In this document: positions 8,275 through 16,349 of the stretch, in pieces
Layout: the number at the start of each line of letters is the position of its first letter
Numbering within the stretch: the stretch's first letter is position 1
UHGV virus genome: UHGV-0041833
Source of the DNA: a virus
Strand: one strand, 5' to 3'
Length of the DNA: 37,438 nucleotides
Notes under the pieces: model-generated
Database searches by the model: none
What the model saw: the letters and a program-made list of their open reading frames with translations, nothing else
What the model was told of the DNA's origin: nothing
Translations under genes and position numbers: made by a program

Positions 8275-8345
8275 CTTGTACCGTTAAGGTACAAGTATCT
8301 TGAAGGTTCATTTCAATCATGTAATATGTACACCGGAGGTACACA
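8275..8345. promoter_or_regulatory. Right operator region: two 17-bp palindromic operators (TGTAC-N7-GTACA) flanking a rightward promoter (-35 TTGAAG 8300..8305, -10 TAATAT 8322..8327)
   Basis: OR1 cttgtaccgttaaggtacaag (8275..8295), OR2 atgtacaccggaggtacacat (8325..8345); promoter hexamers with 16-bp spacer; cro SD GGAGG at 8335..8339. Confidence 0.6.
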
Positions 8346-8349
8346 TTGT

Positions 8350-8550
8350 ATGAAAGCGTATTGGGACTCTTTAACCAAAGAACAGCAGGGCGAGTTGGCC
8401 GGAAAAGTTGGCTCAACACCTGGCTACTTACGGCTGGTTTTCAATGGCTATAAAAAAGCCAGTTTTGTGCTGGCTAAAAAACTTGAGCAATGCACGTCAG
8501 GTGCAATTACGAAATCTGACTTAAGACCGGATATCTATCCGAAAGATTAG
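8350..8550 (+). CDS. cro: Cro-like small HTH regulator
   Basis: 66 aa from ATG 8350 directly downstream of pR/operators; the 167-aa track ORF from 8047 is antisense to cI and rejected. Confidence 0.7.
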   Translation: MKAYWDSLTKEQQGELAGKVGSTPGYLRLVFNGYKKASFVLAKKLEQCTSGAITKSDLRPDIYPKD

Positions 8551-8581
8551 CAGAACACTTTCAATTTTTAACCACAGAACG

Positions 8582-9145
8582 ATGAGGCTAATCGTGGGTA
8601 AGCATCACTGGAAAATAGAAAAACAGCCTGAGTGGTACGTGAAAGCTGTCAGAAAAACGATCGCGGCGTTGCCGGGTGGTTACGCTGAAGCGGCTGACTG
8701 GCTCGATGTAACAGAAAACGCTTTATTCAACCGCCTTCGTGCAGATGGCGATCAGATTTTCCCGCTGGGATGGGCAATGGTTTTACAGCGTGCTGGTGGC
8801 ACTCACTTCATTGCTGATGCTGTGGCGCAGTCTGCAAATGGCGTCTTTGTGTCTCTTCCTGACGTCGAGGATGTGGACAACGCCGATATCAACCAACGCC
8901 TGCTGGAGGTCATTGAACAGATCGGCAGTTATTCAAAACAGATTCGTTCAGCAATTGAAGACGGTGTAGTGGAACCGCATGAGAAGACAGCAATTAACGA
9001 TGAGCTGTACCTCTCAATTTCGAAGCTGCAGGAGCATGCAGCACTGGTCTACAAAATCTTTTGCGTTTCAGAAAGTAGTGACGCCCGCGAGTGTGCAGCT
9101 CCGGGCGCCGTGGCGTGTCGTGACTGTGGAGAAACTAACGCATGA
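8582..9145 (+). CDS. CII-like regulatory protein (phage 186 CII / CP76-YdaT-type)
   Basis: 187-aa ORF directly after cro; composition and layout resemble 186-type CII proteins; C-terminal extent uncertain because of overlapping frames. Confidence 0.45.
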   Translation: MRLIVGKHHWKIEKQPEWYVKAVRKTIAALPGGYAEAADWLDVTENALFNRLRADGDQIFPLGWAMVLQRAGGTHFIADAVAQSANGVFVSLPDVEDVDNADINQRLLEVIEQIGSYSKQIRSAIEDGVVEPHEKTAINDELYLSISKLQEHAALVYKIFCVSESSDARECAAPGAVACRDCGETNA

Positions 9146-9480
9146 ACAGTTTAACAACACACTACCGTCGCTCGCAACTGATTGCGCTTCCTGTACCGGG
9201 TGGAAAAGCGAAGGTGGAGTATTGCTATGCAGTAAATGTACCAGGTGACAGGGAAATTGTAACCCACAGCTTTGCTGAGTGGGCTGTGGGTGATTTCAAC
9301 CGGCAGAAGGAGACAGTCCTTTGCGACAAGTTAACCGCTGGTTCAAAGATCACTACGGAGTGCCCGTCAGAGTCATTCGTTGGGAACCGGAAACACAACG
9401 GGTTATCTACCTCCGCGAAGGCTATGAGCATGAATGCTTCAGTCCGCTCGAACAGTTTCGTCGTAAATTCAGGGAAATAG
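9142..9480 (+). CDS. Hypothetical protein (frame uncertain; possibly the N-terminal part of a gene continuing in another frame)
   Basis: ATG overlaps previous stop (ATGA); the first 55 residues look protein-like, the remainder is Ser/Asn-rich and low-complexity. Confidence 0.3.
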   Translation: MNSLTTHYRRSQLIALPVPGGKAKVEYCYAVNVPGDREIVTHSFAEWAVGDFNRQKETVLCDKLTAGSKITTECPSESFVGNRKHNGLSTSAKAMSMNASVRSNSFVVNSGK

Positions 9481-9500
9481 AGGTCGGTCATGAGCACTAA
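9321..9500 (+). CDS. Hypothetical small protein (TTG start) translationally coupled to the replication gene
   Basis: 59 codons, AGGAG SD 9 nt upstream of TTG; stop overlaps the ATG of the next gene (ATGAGCACTAA); protein-like composition ([19 protein letters not shown]...). Confidence 0.35.
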   Translation: MRQVNRWFKDHYGVPVRVIRWEPETQRVIYLREGYEHECFSPLEQFRRKFREIEVGHEH

Positions 9501-10475
9501 ATTAACCGGCTATGTATGGGATGGTTGCGCTGCGTCAGGCATGAAGTTATCCAGCGTGGCAATTATGGCCCGCCTGGCTGATTTCAGTAATGACGAAGGT
9601 GTGTGCTGGCCATCAATTGAAACCATTGCCCGCCAGATTGGCGCGGGGATGAGTACCGTCAGAACGGCTATCGCACGGCTGGAAGCAGAAGGCTGGTTAA
9701 CGCGTAAGGCGCGTCGCCAGGGTAACCGCAATGCGTCGAATGTTTATCAGCTTAACGTTGCGAAGCTTCAGGCAGCGGCATTTTCTCAACTGTCAGATTC
9801 TGACCCGTCAAAATCTGACGCATCAAAATCTGCCCCGTCAAAATTTGATGCGTCGAAATCTGGCAAAAAAGCGGGTTTTCACCCGTCAGAATCTGGCGGG
9901 GATCCGTCAGTAAAATCAAAACATGATCCGTCAGATAAAAAAACTTCTCGTCCNNNNNNNNNNNNNNNNNNNNNNNNNNNNNNNNNNNNNCTCGTCCGGA
10001 CGCTTCGCAACCGGACACGCAGACGGCTGAACAGGAGTTTTTAACTCGCCATCCTGATGCTGTTGTATTCAGCCCTAAAAAGCGCCAGTGGGGAACGCAG
10101 GATGATTTGACCTGCGCACAGTGGCTCTGGAAAAAAATCATCGCCCTGTACGAGCAGGCTGCCGAATGTGACGGCGAGGTGGTTCGTCCCAAAGAACCGA
10201 ACTGGACAGCCTGGGCAAACGAAATTCGCCTGATGTGTGTGCAGGATGGTCGTACTCACAAACAAATCTGCGAGATGTACAGCCGCGTCAGCCGCGATCC
10301 GTTCTGGTGCCGTAACGTGCTCAGCCCGTCGAAGCTGCGGGAAAAATGGGATGAGCTTTCCCTGCGCTTATCGCCGTCCGTAAGTACGTACACCGAAAAA
10401 CGCGAGGACCCGTACTTCAAAGCCAGTTACGACAACGTGGACTACAGCCAGATCCCGGCAGGATTCAGGGGGTGA
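9490..10475 (+). CDS. Replication initiator (N-terminal HTH, internal origin iterons, DnaT-like C-terminal domain); interrupted by an N-run
   Basis: N-terminal winged-helix region; iteron-encoded repeat peptide DPSKSDASKSAPSKFDASKS; C-terminus ends YSQIPAGFRG like primosomal protein DnaT; both halves come into one frame if the N-run plus the 7-nt flanking duplicate are collapsed. Confidence 0.7.
9791..9946. repeat. Origin-like iteron array inside the replication gene, followed by an A-rich tract
   Basis: At least 6 direct repeats of about 15 bp with core CGTCA(A/G)AATCTG, then gataaaaaaac. Confidence 0.6.
9954..9990. other. Assembly gap (37 N) flanked by duplicated ctcgtcc
   Basis: N-run; identical 7-mer on both sides; collapsing restores the reading frame. 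Confidence 0.8.
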
Positions 10476-10477
10476 TC

Positions 10478-10966
10478 ATGAGTCTGTTAAATGACGTTCA
10501 GAAATTCATTGAAGCCCATCCGGGGTGTACTTCCGGTGACATTGCGGATGCTTTTGCAGGTTACTCACGACAGCGCGTTCTGCAGTCAGCAAGCAAGTTA
10601 CGTCAGAGTGGGCGTGTGGCTCACCGTTGTGAAGGAGATACACGCAGACATTTCCCGCGCCTGACTGAGAGAGCGCAGGAACCGGAACCACAACCAGTTC
10701 GAGAAACCAGACCTGTGCGCAATTTCTATGTCGGCACTAACGATCCACGGGTGATTTTGTGCCTGACCCGCCAGGCTGAAGAACTGGAGTCCAGGGGTTT
10801 ATACCGTCGTGCTGCAACCGTGTGGATGGCGGCATTCCGTGAAAGCCACTCCCAGCCAGAACGAAACAATTTTCTGGCGCGTCGTGAGCGGTGCTTACGG
10901 AAAAGCAGCAAGCGCGCTGCATCGGGTGAAGAGTGGTATCTGTCAGGGAATTACGTGGGGGCTTAA
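10478..10966 (+). CDS. Protein with PerC-like C-terminal motif and winged-helix-like N-terminus
   Basis: 162 aa from ATG 10478 (AGGGGG SD); LESRGLYRRAATVWM matches the PerC-family signature LE.RGLWRRAA..W. Confidence 0.45.
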   Translation: MSLLNDVQKFIEAHPGCTSGDIADAFAGYSRQRVLQSASKLRQSGRVAHRCEGDTRRHFPRLTERAQEPEPQPVRETRPVRNFYVGTNDPRVILCLTRQAEELESRGLYRRAATVWMAAFRESHSQPERNNFLARRERCLRKSSKRAASGEEWYLSGNYVGA

Positions 10967-11619
10967 TGAGTAATAAATATTGCCAGGCGCTGGTGGAGCT
11001 GCGGAACAAACCAGCCCATGAACTGAAGGAAGTGGGCGATCAGTGGCGCACGCCGGACAACATTTTCTGGGGAATTAACACCCTGTTTGGCCCGTTTGTT
11101 CTGGATCTGTTCACCGACGGTGGTAACGCCAAATGTGCCGCGTATTACACGGCGGAAGACAATGCGCTGGCGCATGACTGGTCAGAACGTCTTGCGGAGC
11201 TTAAAGGTGCTGCCTTTGGTAATCCCCCATACAGCCGCGCCAGTCAGCATGAGGGGCAATACATCACCGGCATGCGTTACATCATGAAGCATGCCAGTGC
11301 CATGCGTGATAAAGGCGGGCGCTATGTTTTCCTGATCAAAGCTGCCACCAGCGAAGTGTGGTGGCCGGAAGATGCAGATCATATTGCTTTTATTCGCGGG
11401 CGTATTGGTTTTGAACTGCCTGTCTGGTTTATCCCGAAAGACGAGAAGCAGGTGCCGACAGGAGCTTTCTTCGCTGGTGCTATTGCTGTTTTTGACAAGA
11501 CCTGGAAGGGACCGGCAATCAGCTACATCGGGCGCGATGAACTTGAGGCATGTGGTGAGGCGTTTCTGGCGCAGGTTCGCCAGCAGGCGGAAAAACTGCT
11601 CAGGGAGATGGCGGCATGA
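10966..11619 (+). CDS. Phage DNA N6-adenine methyltransferase (Dam-like)
   Basis: 218 aa from ATG 10966 (TAATG overlap with previous stop); catalytic NPPY motif (FGNPPYS). Confidence 0.8.
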   Translation: MSNKYCQALVELRNKPAHELKEVGDQWRTPDNIFWGINTLFGPFVLDLFTDGGNAKCAAYYTAEDNALAHDWSERLAELKGAAFGNPPYSRASQHEGQYITGMRYIMKHASAMRDKGGRYVFLIKAATSEVWWPEDADHIAFIRGRIGFELPVWFIPKDEKQVPTGAFFAGAIAVFDKTWKGPAISYIGRDELEACGEAFLAQVRQQAEKLLREMAA

Positions 11620-11942
11620 CGACGTTAACTCAATGCCAGCAGCAGGTGCTGGATATGCTGATTTCTTATCAGAAAGAACGTGGCTTCCCGCCAACCAATC
11701 AGGAGGTGGCAACCATGCTGGGATACCGTTCAGTGAATGCAGCGGTGGAGCATCTTCGAGCACTGGAGAAAAAAGGCGTCATCACGATAAAGCGTGGCGT
11801 GGCCCGGGGTATCACTCTTCATACCGCGGTGAAGGACGACGACAGCGAGGCGGTCGGGATTATCCGCTCACTGCTTGCCGGTAAGGAAAACGCCAGGCTG
11901 CGTGCAGCCCACTGGTTACATGAGAGGGGCCTGAAAGTATGA
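11616..11942 (+). CDS. LexA-like N-terminal DNA-binding-domain protein lacking the peptidase domain
   Basis: 108 aa; alignable by eye to the LexA N-terminus (LT.RQQ.V.D.I......G.PPT..E.A..LG.RS.NAA.EHL.AL..KGVI.I..G..RGI.L); no Ser/Lys autopeptidase domain. Confidence 0.65.
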   Translation: MTTLTQCQQQVLDMLISYQKERGFPPTNQEVATMLGYRSVNAAVEHLRALEKKGVITIKRGVARGITLHTAVKDDDSEAVGIIRSLLAGKENARLRAAHWLHERGLKV

Positions 11943-12328
11943 AGCTGATTCTGCCGTTTCCGCCCAGCGTGAACACGTACTGGCGACACCCCAACAAAGG
12001 GGCGTTTGCTGGTAAGAGCCTGATAAGCGCGGCGGGGCGCAAATTCCAGAGCGCGGCGTGTGCAGCAATAGTTGAGCAGTTACGTCGTCTGCCAAAACCA
12101 ACGTCGGCACCTGCTTCAGTGGAGATCGTGTTGTTTCCTCCGGATAACCGGATCCGCGATCTGGACAACTATAACAAGGCGCTGTTTGACGCCCTGACCC
12201 ACGCGGGTGTGTGGGAAGACGACAGTCAGGTGAAAAGAATGCTGGTGGAGTGGGGACCGGTTATCCCGGAAGGGAAGGTCGAGATCACTATCAGTAAGTA
12301 CGAGAAAACGGCGGGTGCAGCTGCCTGA
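11939..12328 (+). CDS. rusA: RusA Holliday-junction resolvase
   Basis: 129 aa; conserved RusA features (PPS.N.YWRH, RDLDNY.KA.FDALT..GVW.DD.QV); ATGA overlap with upstream gene. Confidence 0.85.
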   Translation: MKLILPFPPSVNTYWRHPNKGAFAGKSLISAAGRKFQSAACAAIVEQLRRLPKPTSAPASVEIVLFPPDNRIRDLDNYNKALFDALTHAGVWEDDSQVKRMLVEWGPVIPEGKVEITISKYEKTAGAAA

Positions 12329-12347
12329 TTAAGAGGAGAAACGAAGT

Positions 12348-13145
12348 ATGAATAATCTGATGGTTATTGATGGTATTGAAGTTCGTCGTGATGCTTATGG
12401 GCGTTACAGCCTGAACGATCTGCACAGGGCTGCCGGTTCTCTGGATAAGCATAAGCCTGCATTCTGGCTCCGCAATGAGCAAACTGAACGTTTAATAAGC
12501 GAGTTGCAGATTTGCAACTCGGTCAATATAGAGCCAGTTAACGTTATTCGTGGCGGAAATAACCAGGGGACGTATGTCTGCAAAGAACTGGTGTATGCCT
12601 ATGCAATGTGGATAAGCCCGTCATTCCATCTGAAGGTGATCCGTACTTTCGATATGGTAACCAGCACACCGGAAAAATTATCCGGGCAGGCTGCTGACAA
12701 GATGCAGGCTGGCGTGATCCTGCTGGACTTTATGCGCCGGGAATTAAACCTGTCTAACTCATCAGTGCTTGGAGCCTGTCAGAAGCTTCAGGAGGCTGTT
12801 GGCTTACCGAATCTGGCACCGCGCTATGCCATTGATGCTCCTGCTGACGCGCCTGATGGCTCAAGTCGCCCGACACTGTCGCTGAGTGCACTGCTGAAAC
12901 AGTATGGTATCCGCCTTACGGCTAATCAGGCATATCACCAGATGGCGAAGCTGGGGATCGTCGAACAGCGCGAACGATACAGCCGTACAGCGATTAACAA
13001 CATCAAAAAATTCTGGTCGCTGACGGCGAAAGGCTGCATGTTCGGCAAGAACATCACCAGTCCTGCAAATCCGCGCGAGACGCAGCCGCATTTCTTCGAA
13101 TCCCGATTCCCTGAGCTGTTAAAGCTGCTCGATACCGTTCATTGA
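12348..13145 (+). CDS. KilA-N domain protein (antirepressor-like)
   Basis: 265 aa; AAGAGGAG SD; N-terminal KilA-N signature (IDGIEVRRDAYGRYSLNDL ... AFWLRNEQTERLISEL). Confidence 0.6.
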   Translation: MNNLMVIDGIEVRRDAYGRYSLNDLHRAAGSLDKHKPAFWLRNEQTERLISELQICNSVNIEPVNVIRGGNNQGTYVCKELVYAYAMWISPSFHLKVIRTFDMVTSTPEKLSGQAADKMQAGVILLDFMRRELNLSNSSVLGACQKLQEAVGLPNLAPRYAIDAPADAPDGSSRPTLSLSALLKQYGIRLTANQAYHQMAKLGIVEQRERYSRTAINNIKKFWSLTAKGCMFGKNITSPANPRETQPHFFESRFPELLKLLDTVH

Positions 13146-13146
13146 G

Positions 13147-14142
13147 GTGACCGTGAGAGCACTACTGACCCCTGAAATTGCCCCGCGTATGGGGATCGTA
13201 TTGTTCAGGCCCGGTTCAGAGCTGATGCCCCTGTTTATGCAGGGGCGTGTCCTGCTGGAGCCTGAGCCGGAACGTTATTCATCTTTTGCCAGTGGTGCCG
13301 TTCCGGCGGCATCACAACCGCTGGCGGATGATCCTGCCATTCGGGCCGTGTTCCGCAATGAGGCAGTTATTCGTCGTGCGGGGGGTGTGGAATGTCTTGA
13401 AAGCTGGTTACTTCGTGAAAAGGGCTGTCAGTGGCCTCATTCCGGATGGCACAGCGAGAACATGACCACAATGCGACACGCGCCGGGCGCAATCCGTCTG
13501 TGCTGGCACTGCGATAACCTGCTTCGCGATCAGTTCACGGAACGGCTGGAATCAATGGCAACGGATAACTGTGCCCGCTGGGTGTTGTCTGTTGTGCGTC
13601 GGGATCTCGGTTTTGATGACAGTCACGTTGTGACAATGCCGGAACTGTGCTGGTGGCTGGTTCGTAATGATCTGGCGGATGCCTTACCGGAAAGTGCAGC
13701 CCGTAAGGCACTGAGATTACCGAAGCCTGTTGTGCCGTCTGTCACCCGGGAAAGTGACCTTGTGCCTTCGGTTCCTGCCACCAGCATCATCCAGGATAAG
13801 GCGAAAAAGGTGCTGGCGCTGAAAGTGGATCCGGAGTCGCCGGAGTCTTTTATGTTACGCCCAAAATGTCGCCGCTGGGTTAATGAAAAGTACACGCGCT
13901 GGGTTAAGACACAGTCGTGTGCATGTTGTGGAAAGCCCGCTGATGATCCCCACCACCTGATAGGCCACGGACAGGGTGGAATGGGTACAAAAGCGCATGA
14001 CCTTTTTGTGTTGCCTTTGTGCAGAAAGCATCACGACGAGCTGCATGCGGATACCGTGGCATTTGAAGAGATGTATGGCTCCCAGCTGGAGCTGATATTT
14101 CGTTTTATCGATCGTGCGCTGGCAATTGGCGTACTGGTGTAA
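13147..14142 (+). CDS. nin-region protein with C-terminal Cys/His zinc-binding HNH-like motif (DUF968-like)
   Basis: 331-aa ORF (GTG start uncertain; alternative ATG 13189); C-terminal CACCG...HHLIGHG...H...C.KHHDELH. Confidence 0.45.
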   Translation: MTVRALLTPEIAPRMGIVLFRPGSELMPLFMQGRVLLEPEPERYSSFASGAVPAASQPLADDPAIRAVFRNEAVIRRAGGVECLESWLLREKGCQWPHSGWHSENMTTMRHAPGAIRLCWHCDNLLRDQFTERLESMATDNCARWVLSVVRRDLGFDDSHVVTMPELCWWLVRNDLADALPESAARKALRLPKPVVPSVTRESDLVPSVPATSIIQDKAKKVLALKVDPESPESFMLRPKCRRWVNEKYTRWVKTQSCACCGKPADDPHHLIGHGQGGMGTKAHDLFVLPLCRKHHDELHADTVAFEEMYGSQLELIFRFIDRALAIGVLV

Positions 14143-14155
14143 GTGGAGAACGAGC

Positions 14156-14908
14156 ATGAACCTTGAAGCCTTACCGAAATATTACTCCCCAAAATCTCCA
14201 AAATTGAGCGATGACGCATCGGCGACAGGCTCGGGTGGTTTAACAATTACGGATGTAATGGCTGCGCAGGGGATGGTGCAGTCGAAAGCACCGCTTGGGT
14301 TTGCCTTATTCCTGGCAAAAGTTGGTGTTCAGGATCCTCAGTTTGCGATTGAAGGCCTGCTCAATTACGCGATGGCACTGGATAACCCGACATTGAACAA
14401 ATTGAGTGAAGAAACCCGGTTACAGATCATCCCTTACCTTGTGAATTTTGCCTTTGCTGATTATTCCAGGTCTGCGGCAAGTAAGGCTCGCTGTGAGCAT
14501 TGTACTGGTACTGGATTTCATAATGTATTGCGCGAAGTGGTGAAACATTCCAGAAGCGGGGAATCCGTTATCAAAGAAGAGTGGGTGAAGGAACTGTGTC
14601 AGCATTGTCATGGCAAGGGAGAAGTCAGCACGGCGTGCAGAGGGTGTAAGGGTAAAGGTATTGTCCTGGATGAAAAAAGAACCCGGCTTCATGGCACGCC
14701 TGTTTATAAGACTTGTGGGCGTTGCAATGGAAACCGGTTTAGCCGTTTACCGACTACACTGGCACGACGTCATGTCCAGAAGCTGGTTCCAGACCTGACT
14801 GATTATCAGTGGTACAAAGGATATGCAGACGTAATTGATAAACTAGTAACAAAGTGCTGGCAGGAAGAAGCATATGCTGAAACACAATTGAGAAAGGTGA
14901 CGAGATAA
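14156..14908 (+). CDS. Late-gene antiterminator Q (zinc-finger type)
   Basis: 250 aa from ATG 14156 (GGAG SD); several CxxC/CxxG zinc-binding pairs; last gene before the late promoter/terminator and lysis genes. Confidence 0.7.
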   Translation: MNLEALPKYYSPKSPKLSDDASATGSGGLTITDVMAAQGMVQSKAPLGFALFLAKVGVQDPQFAIEGLLNYAMALDNPTLNKLSEETRLQIIPYLVNFAFADYSRSAASKARCEHCTGTGFHNVLREVVKHSRSGESVIKEEWVKELCQHCHGKGEVSTACRGCKGKGIVLDEKRTRLHGTPVYKTCGRCNGNRFSRLPTTLARRHVQKLVPDLTDYQWYKGYADVIDKLVTKCWQEEAYAETQLRKVTR

Positions 14909-14939
14909 GTGATTTTCGCCGAAGATAGTGACATGAAGC

Positions 14940-14968
14940 TTGCATTTTTCAAAAAATATGGATAAGAT
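14940..14968 (+). promoter_or_regulatory. Candidate late promoter (PR'-like): -35 TTGCAT, 17-bp spacer, -10 TAAGAT
   Basis: Hexamers read directly; located between Q and a downstream intrinsic terminator, as in lambdoid late regions. Confidence 0.4.
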
Positions 14969-15014
14969 TTTCTCAACGATGGGCTTTGTATGTCTGCCGT
15001 TGATAATTTTCACG

Positions 15015-15040
15015 AACCCGCTGTTGAGCGGGTTTTTATT
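15015..15040 (+). terminator. Intrinsic terminator (tR'-like) downstream of the late promoter
   Basis: aacccgc tgttga gcgggtt stem-loop followed by TTTTT. Confidence 0.6.
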
Positions 15041-15093
15041 TACTTGTACTGAAACACATTATATAACCTCATATCAGTTAAAAAGGAGGTTGT

Positions 15094-15429
15094 ATGATTA
15101 ATGCCGTTGAGTACAGATTACCGTTAGGAAATATCTCTCCAGAGAATCTTGACGCGTTGTCAGAACTTATCGTTAAGCATTCCGATAAATTTAATAACTA
15201 TGTACTTAGTTCTATTTCTGATGATGATATTCGATATTCTTACGATTACTACAATTTTGAAATCACAGAGATAGATGAATATGGGTTTCACTTTATAGCA
15301 CCATATAGCTATTATGAAGGATGCGTTGACAATAACTTCTCAGGAGAGGTTGAAGGTTATGCAGAATACGAAATTATTGATAATGAATTAGTCTTCTCTC
15401 TTGAGGAACTACCTTGGGATGTAAAATAA
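15094..15429 (+). CDS. Small highly acidic, Tyr-rich protein of unknown function (moron between Q and holin)
   Basis: 111 aa; strong AAGGAGG SD; AT-rich; no signal peptide or TM segment; own terminator. Confidence 0.6.
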   Translation: MINAVEYRLPLGNISPENLDALSELIVKHSDKFNNYVLSSISDDDIRYSYDYYNFEITEIDEYGFHFIAPYSYYEGCVDNNFSGEVEGYAEYEIIDNELVFSLEELPWDVK

Positions 15430-15440
15430 ATATCAATAAT

Positions 15441-15470
15441 AAAGGCCGTAACGAACGGCCTTTATTATTA
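15441..15470. terminator. Hairpin terminator after the acidic moron (9-bp perfect stem, A/T-flanked, potentially bidirectional)
   Basis: aaaggccgt aacga acggccttt followed by attatta. Confidence 0.6.
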
Positions 15471-15481
15471 TAAAATCATCA

Positions 15482-15886
15482 ATGCCTGATGAATTAGAAT
15501 GTAATTTTCGAATTAATAATAAATCAACATATCATTTCACGCTCCGATTTTCTGTCGGAGGCGAAACTGCGGCTATTCATATGCACGAAAAAGAGAATCT
15601 TGCCGGAGCGTTCTGGCTTGTTTTGCTGATCATCGCAGGTTGGGGGGGGCTTGTCCGTTACCTGATTGATGTGAAGCAGAGTAAAGCAACGTGGAGCTGG
15701 ATAAATGCCCTCGCTCAGATAGTTGTATCAGGATTCACCGGTGTTATTGGTGGCCTAATCAGTATCGAAAGTGGATTCAGTATTTACATGATTCTCGCAA
15801 CTGCGGGGATTAGTGGTGCGATGGGTTCGGTTGCACTGACGTACTTCTGGGAACGACTGACAGGGGTGAAAAATGCAAAATCTTAA
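15482..15886 (+). CDS. Holin (three predicted TM helices)
   Basis: ORF from ATG 15482 (134 aa) with internal ATG 15581 (101 aa); three hydrophobic helices; immediately upstream of and overlapping the endolysin gene. Confidence 0.7.
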   Translation: MPDELECNFRINNKSTYHFTLRFSVGGETAAIHMHEKENLAGAFWLVLLIIAGWGGLVRYLIDVKQSKATWSWINALAQIVVSGFTGVIGGLISIESGFSIYMILATAGISGAMGSVALTYFWERLTGVKNAKS

Positions 15887-16349
15887 TCCTCAGCGTAAAG
15901 CTTTCCTCGATATGGTGGCCTGGTCAGAAGGAACGGATAATGGGCTACAACCGACACGTAATCATGGTTATGACGTCATTGTGGGCGGAGAAATATTCAC
16001 TGATTACTCCGATCACCCTCGCAGACTTGTCACGCTAAACCCAAAACTCAAATCAACGGCTGCCGGGCGCTACCAGCTTCTTTCCCGCTGGTGGGATGCA
16101 TACCGTAAACAGCTTGGACTGAAAGACTTCTCTCCAAAAAGCCAGGATGCTGTTGCACTGCAGCAGATTAAAGAGCGTGGTGCTTTACCGATGATTGATC
16201 GCGGTGATATTCGTCAGGCTATCGACCGTTGCAGCAATATCTGGGCTTCACTGCCGGGAGCTGGTTATGGTCAGTTTGAGCATAAGGCTGACAGCCTGAT
16301 TGCAAAATTCAAAGAAGCCGGCGGAACGGTCAAAGAGATTCAGGTATGA
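15873..16349 (+). CDS. R: Endolysin, lambda R-type lytic transglycosylase
   Basis: 158 aa; near-identical over long stretches to lambda R as recalled ([17 protein letters not shown] ... [121 protein letters not shown]). Confidence 0.9.
   Translation: MQNLNPQRKAFLDMVAWSEGTDNGLQPTRNHGYDVIVGGEIFTDYSDHPRRLVTLNPKLKSTAAGRYQLLSRWWDAYRKQLGLKDFSPKSQDAVALQQIKERGALPMIDRGDIRQAIDRCSNIWASLPGAGYGQFEHKADSLIAKFKEAGGTVKEIQV

Noticed and set aside
8047-8550. 167-aa plus-strand ORF including cro
   Set aside because: Upstream 101 codons are antisense to cI and cross the operators; the true cro starts at ATG 8350 downstream of pR.
8350-9145. Cro-like plus following gene as a YdaS/YdaT-type toxin-antitoxin pair
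   Set aside because: Position directly at the OR switch and CII-like features make a cro/cII regulatory pair the simpler explanation.
9791-9946. Short direct repeats as a CRISPR array
   Set aside because: Repeats are about 15 bp, contiguous without spacers, and lie in frame inside a replication initiator gene; these are origin iterons.
9954-9990. N-runs as biological insertions or pseudogenising lesions
   Set aside because: Three runs are flanked by duplicated sequence and collapsing restores reading frames; interpreted as scaffold joins.
15482-15580. N-terminal 33-codon extension of the holin as a separate regulatory peptide
   Set aside because: Cannot be distinguished from a dual-start holin from sequence alone; kept as an alternative start.
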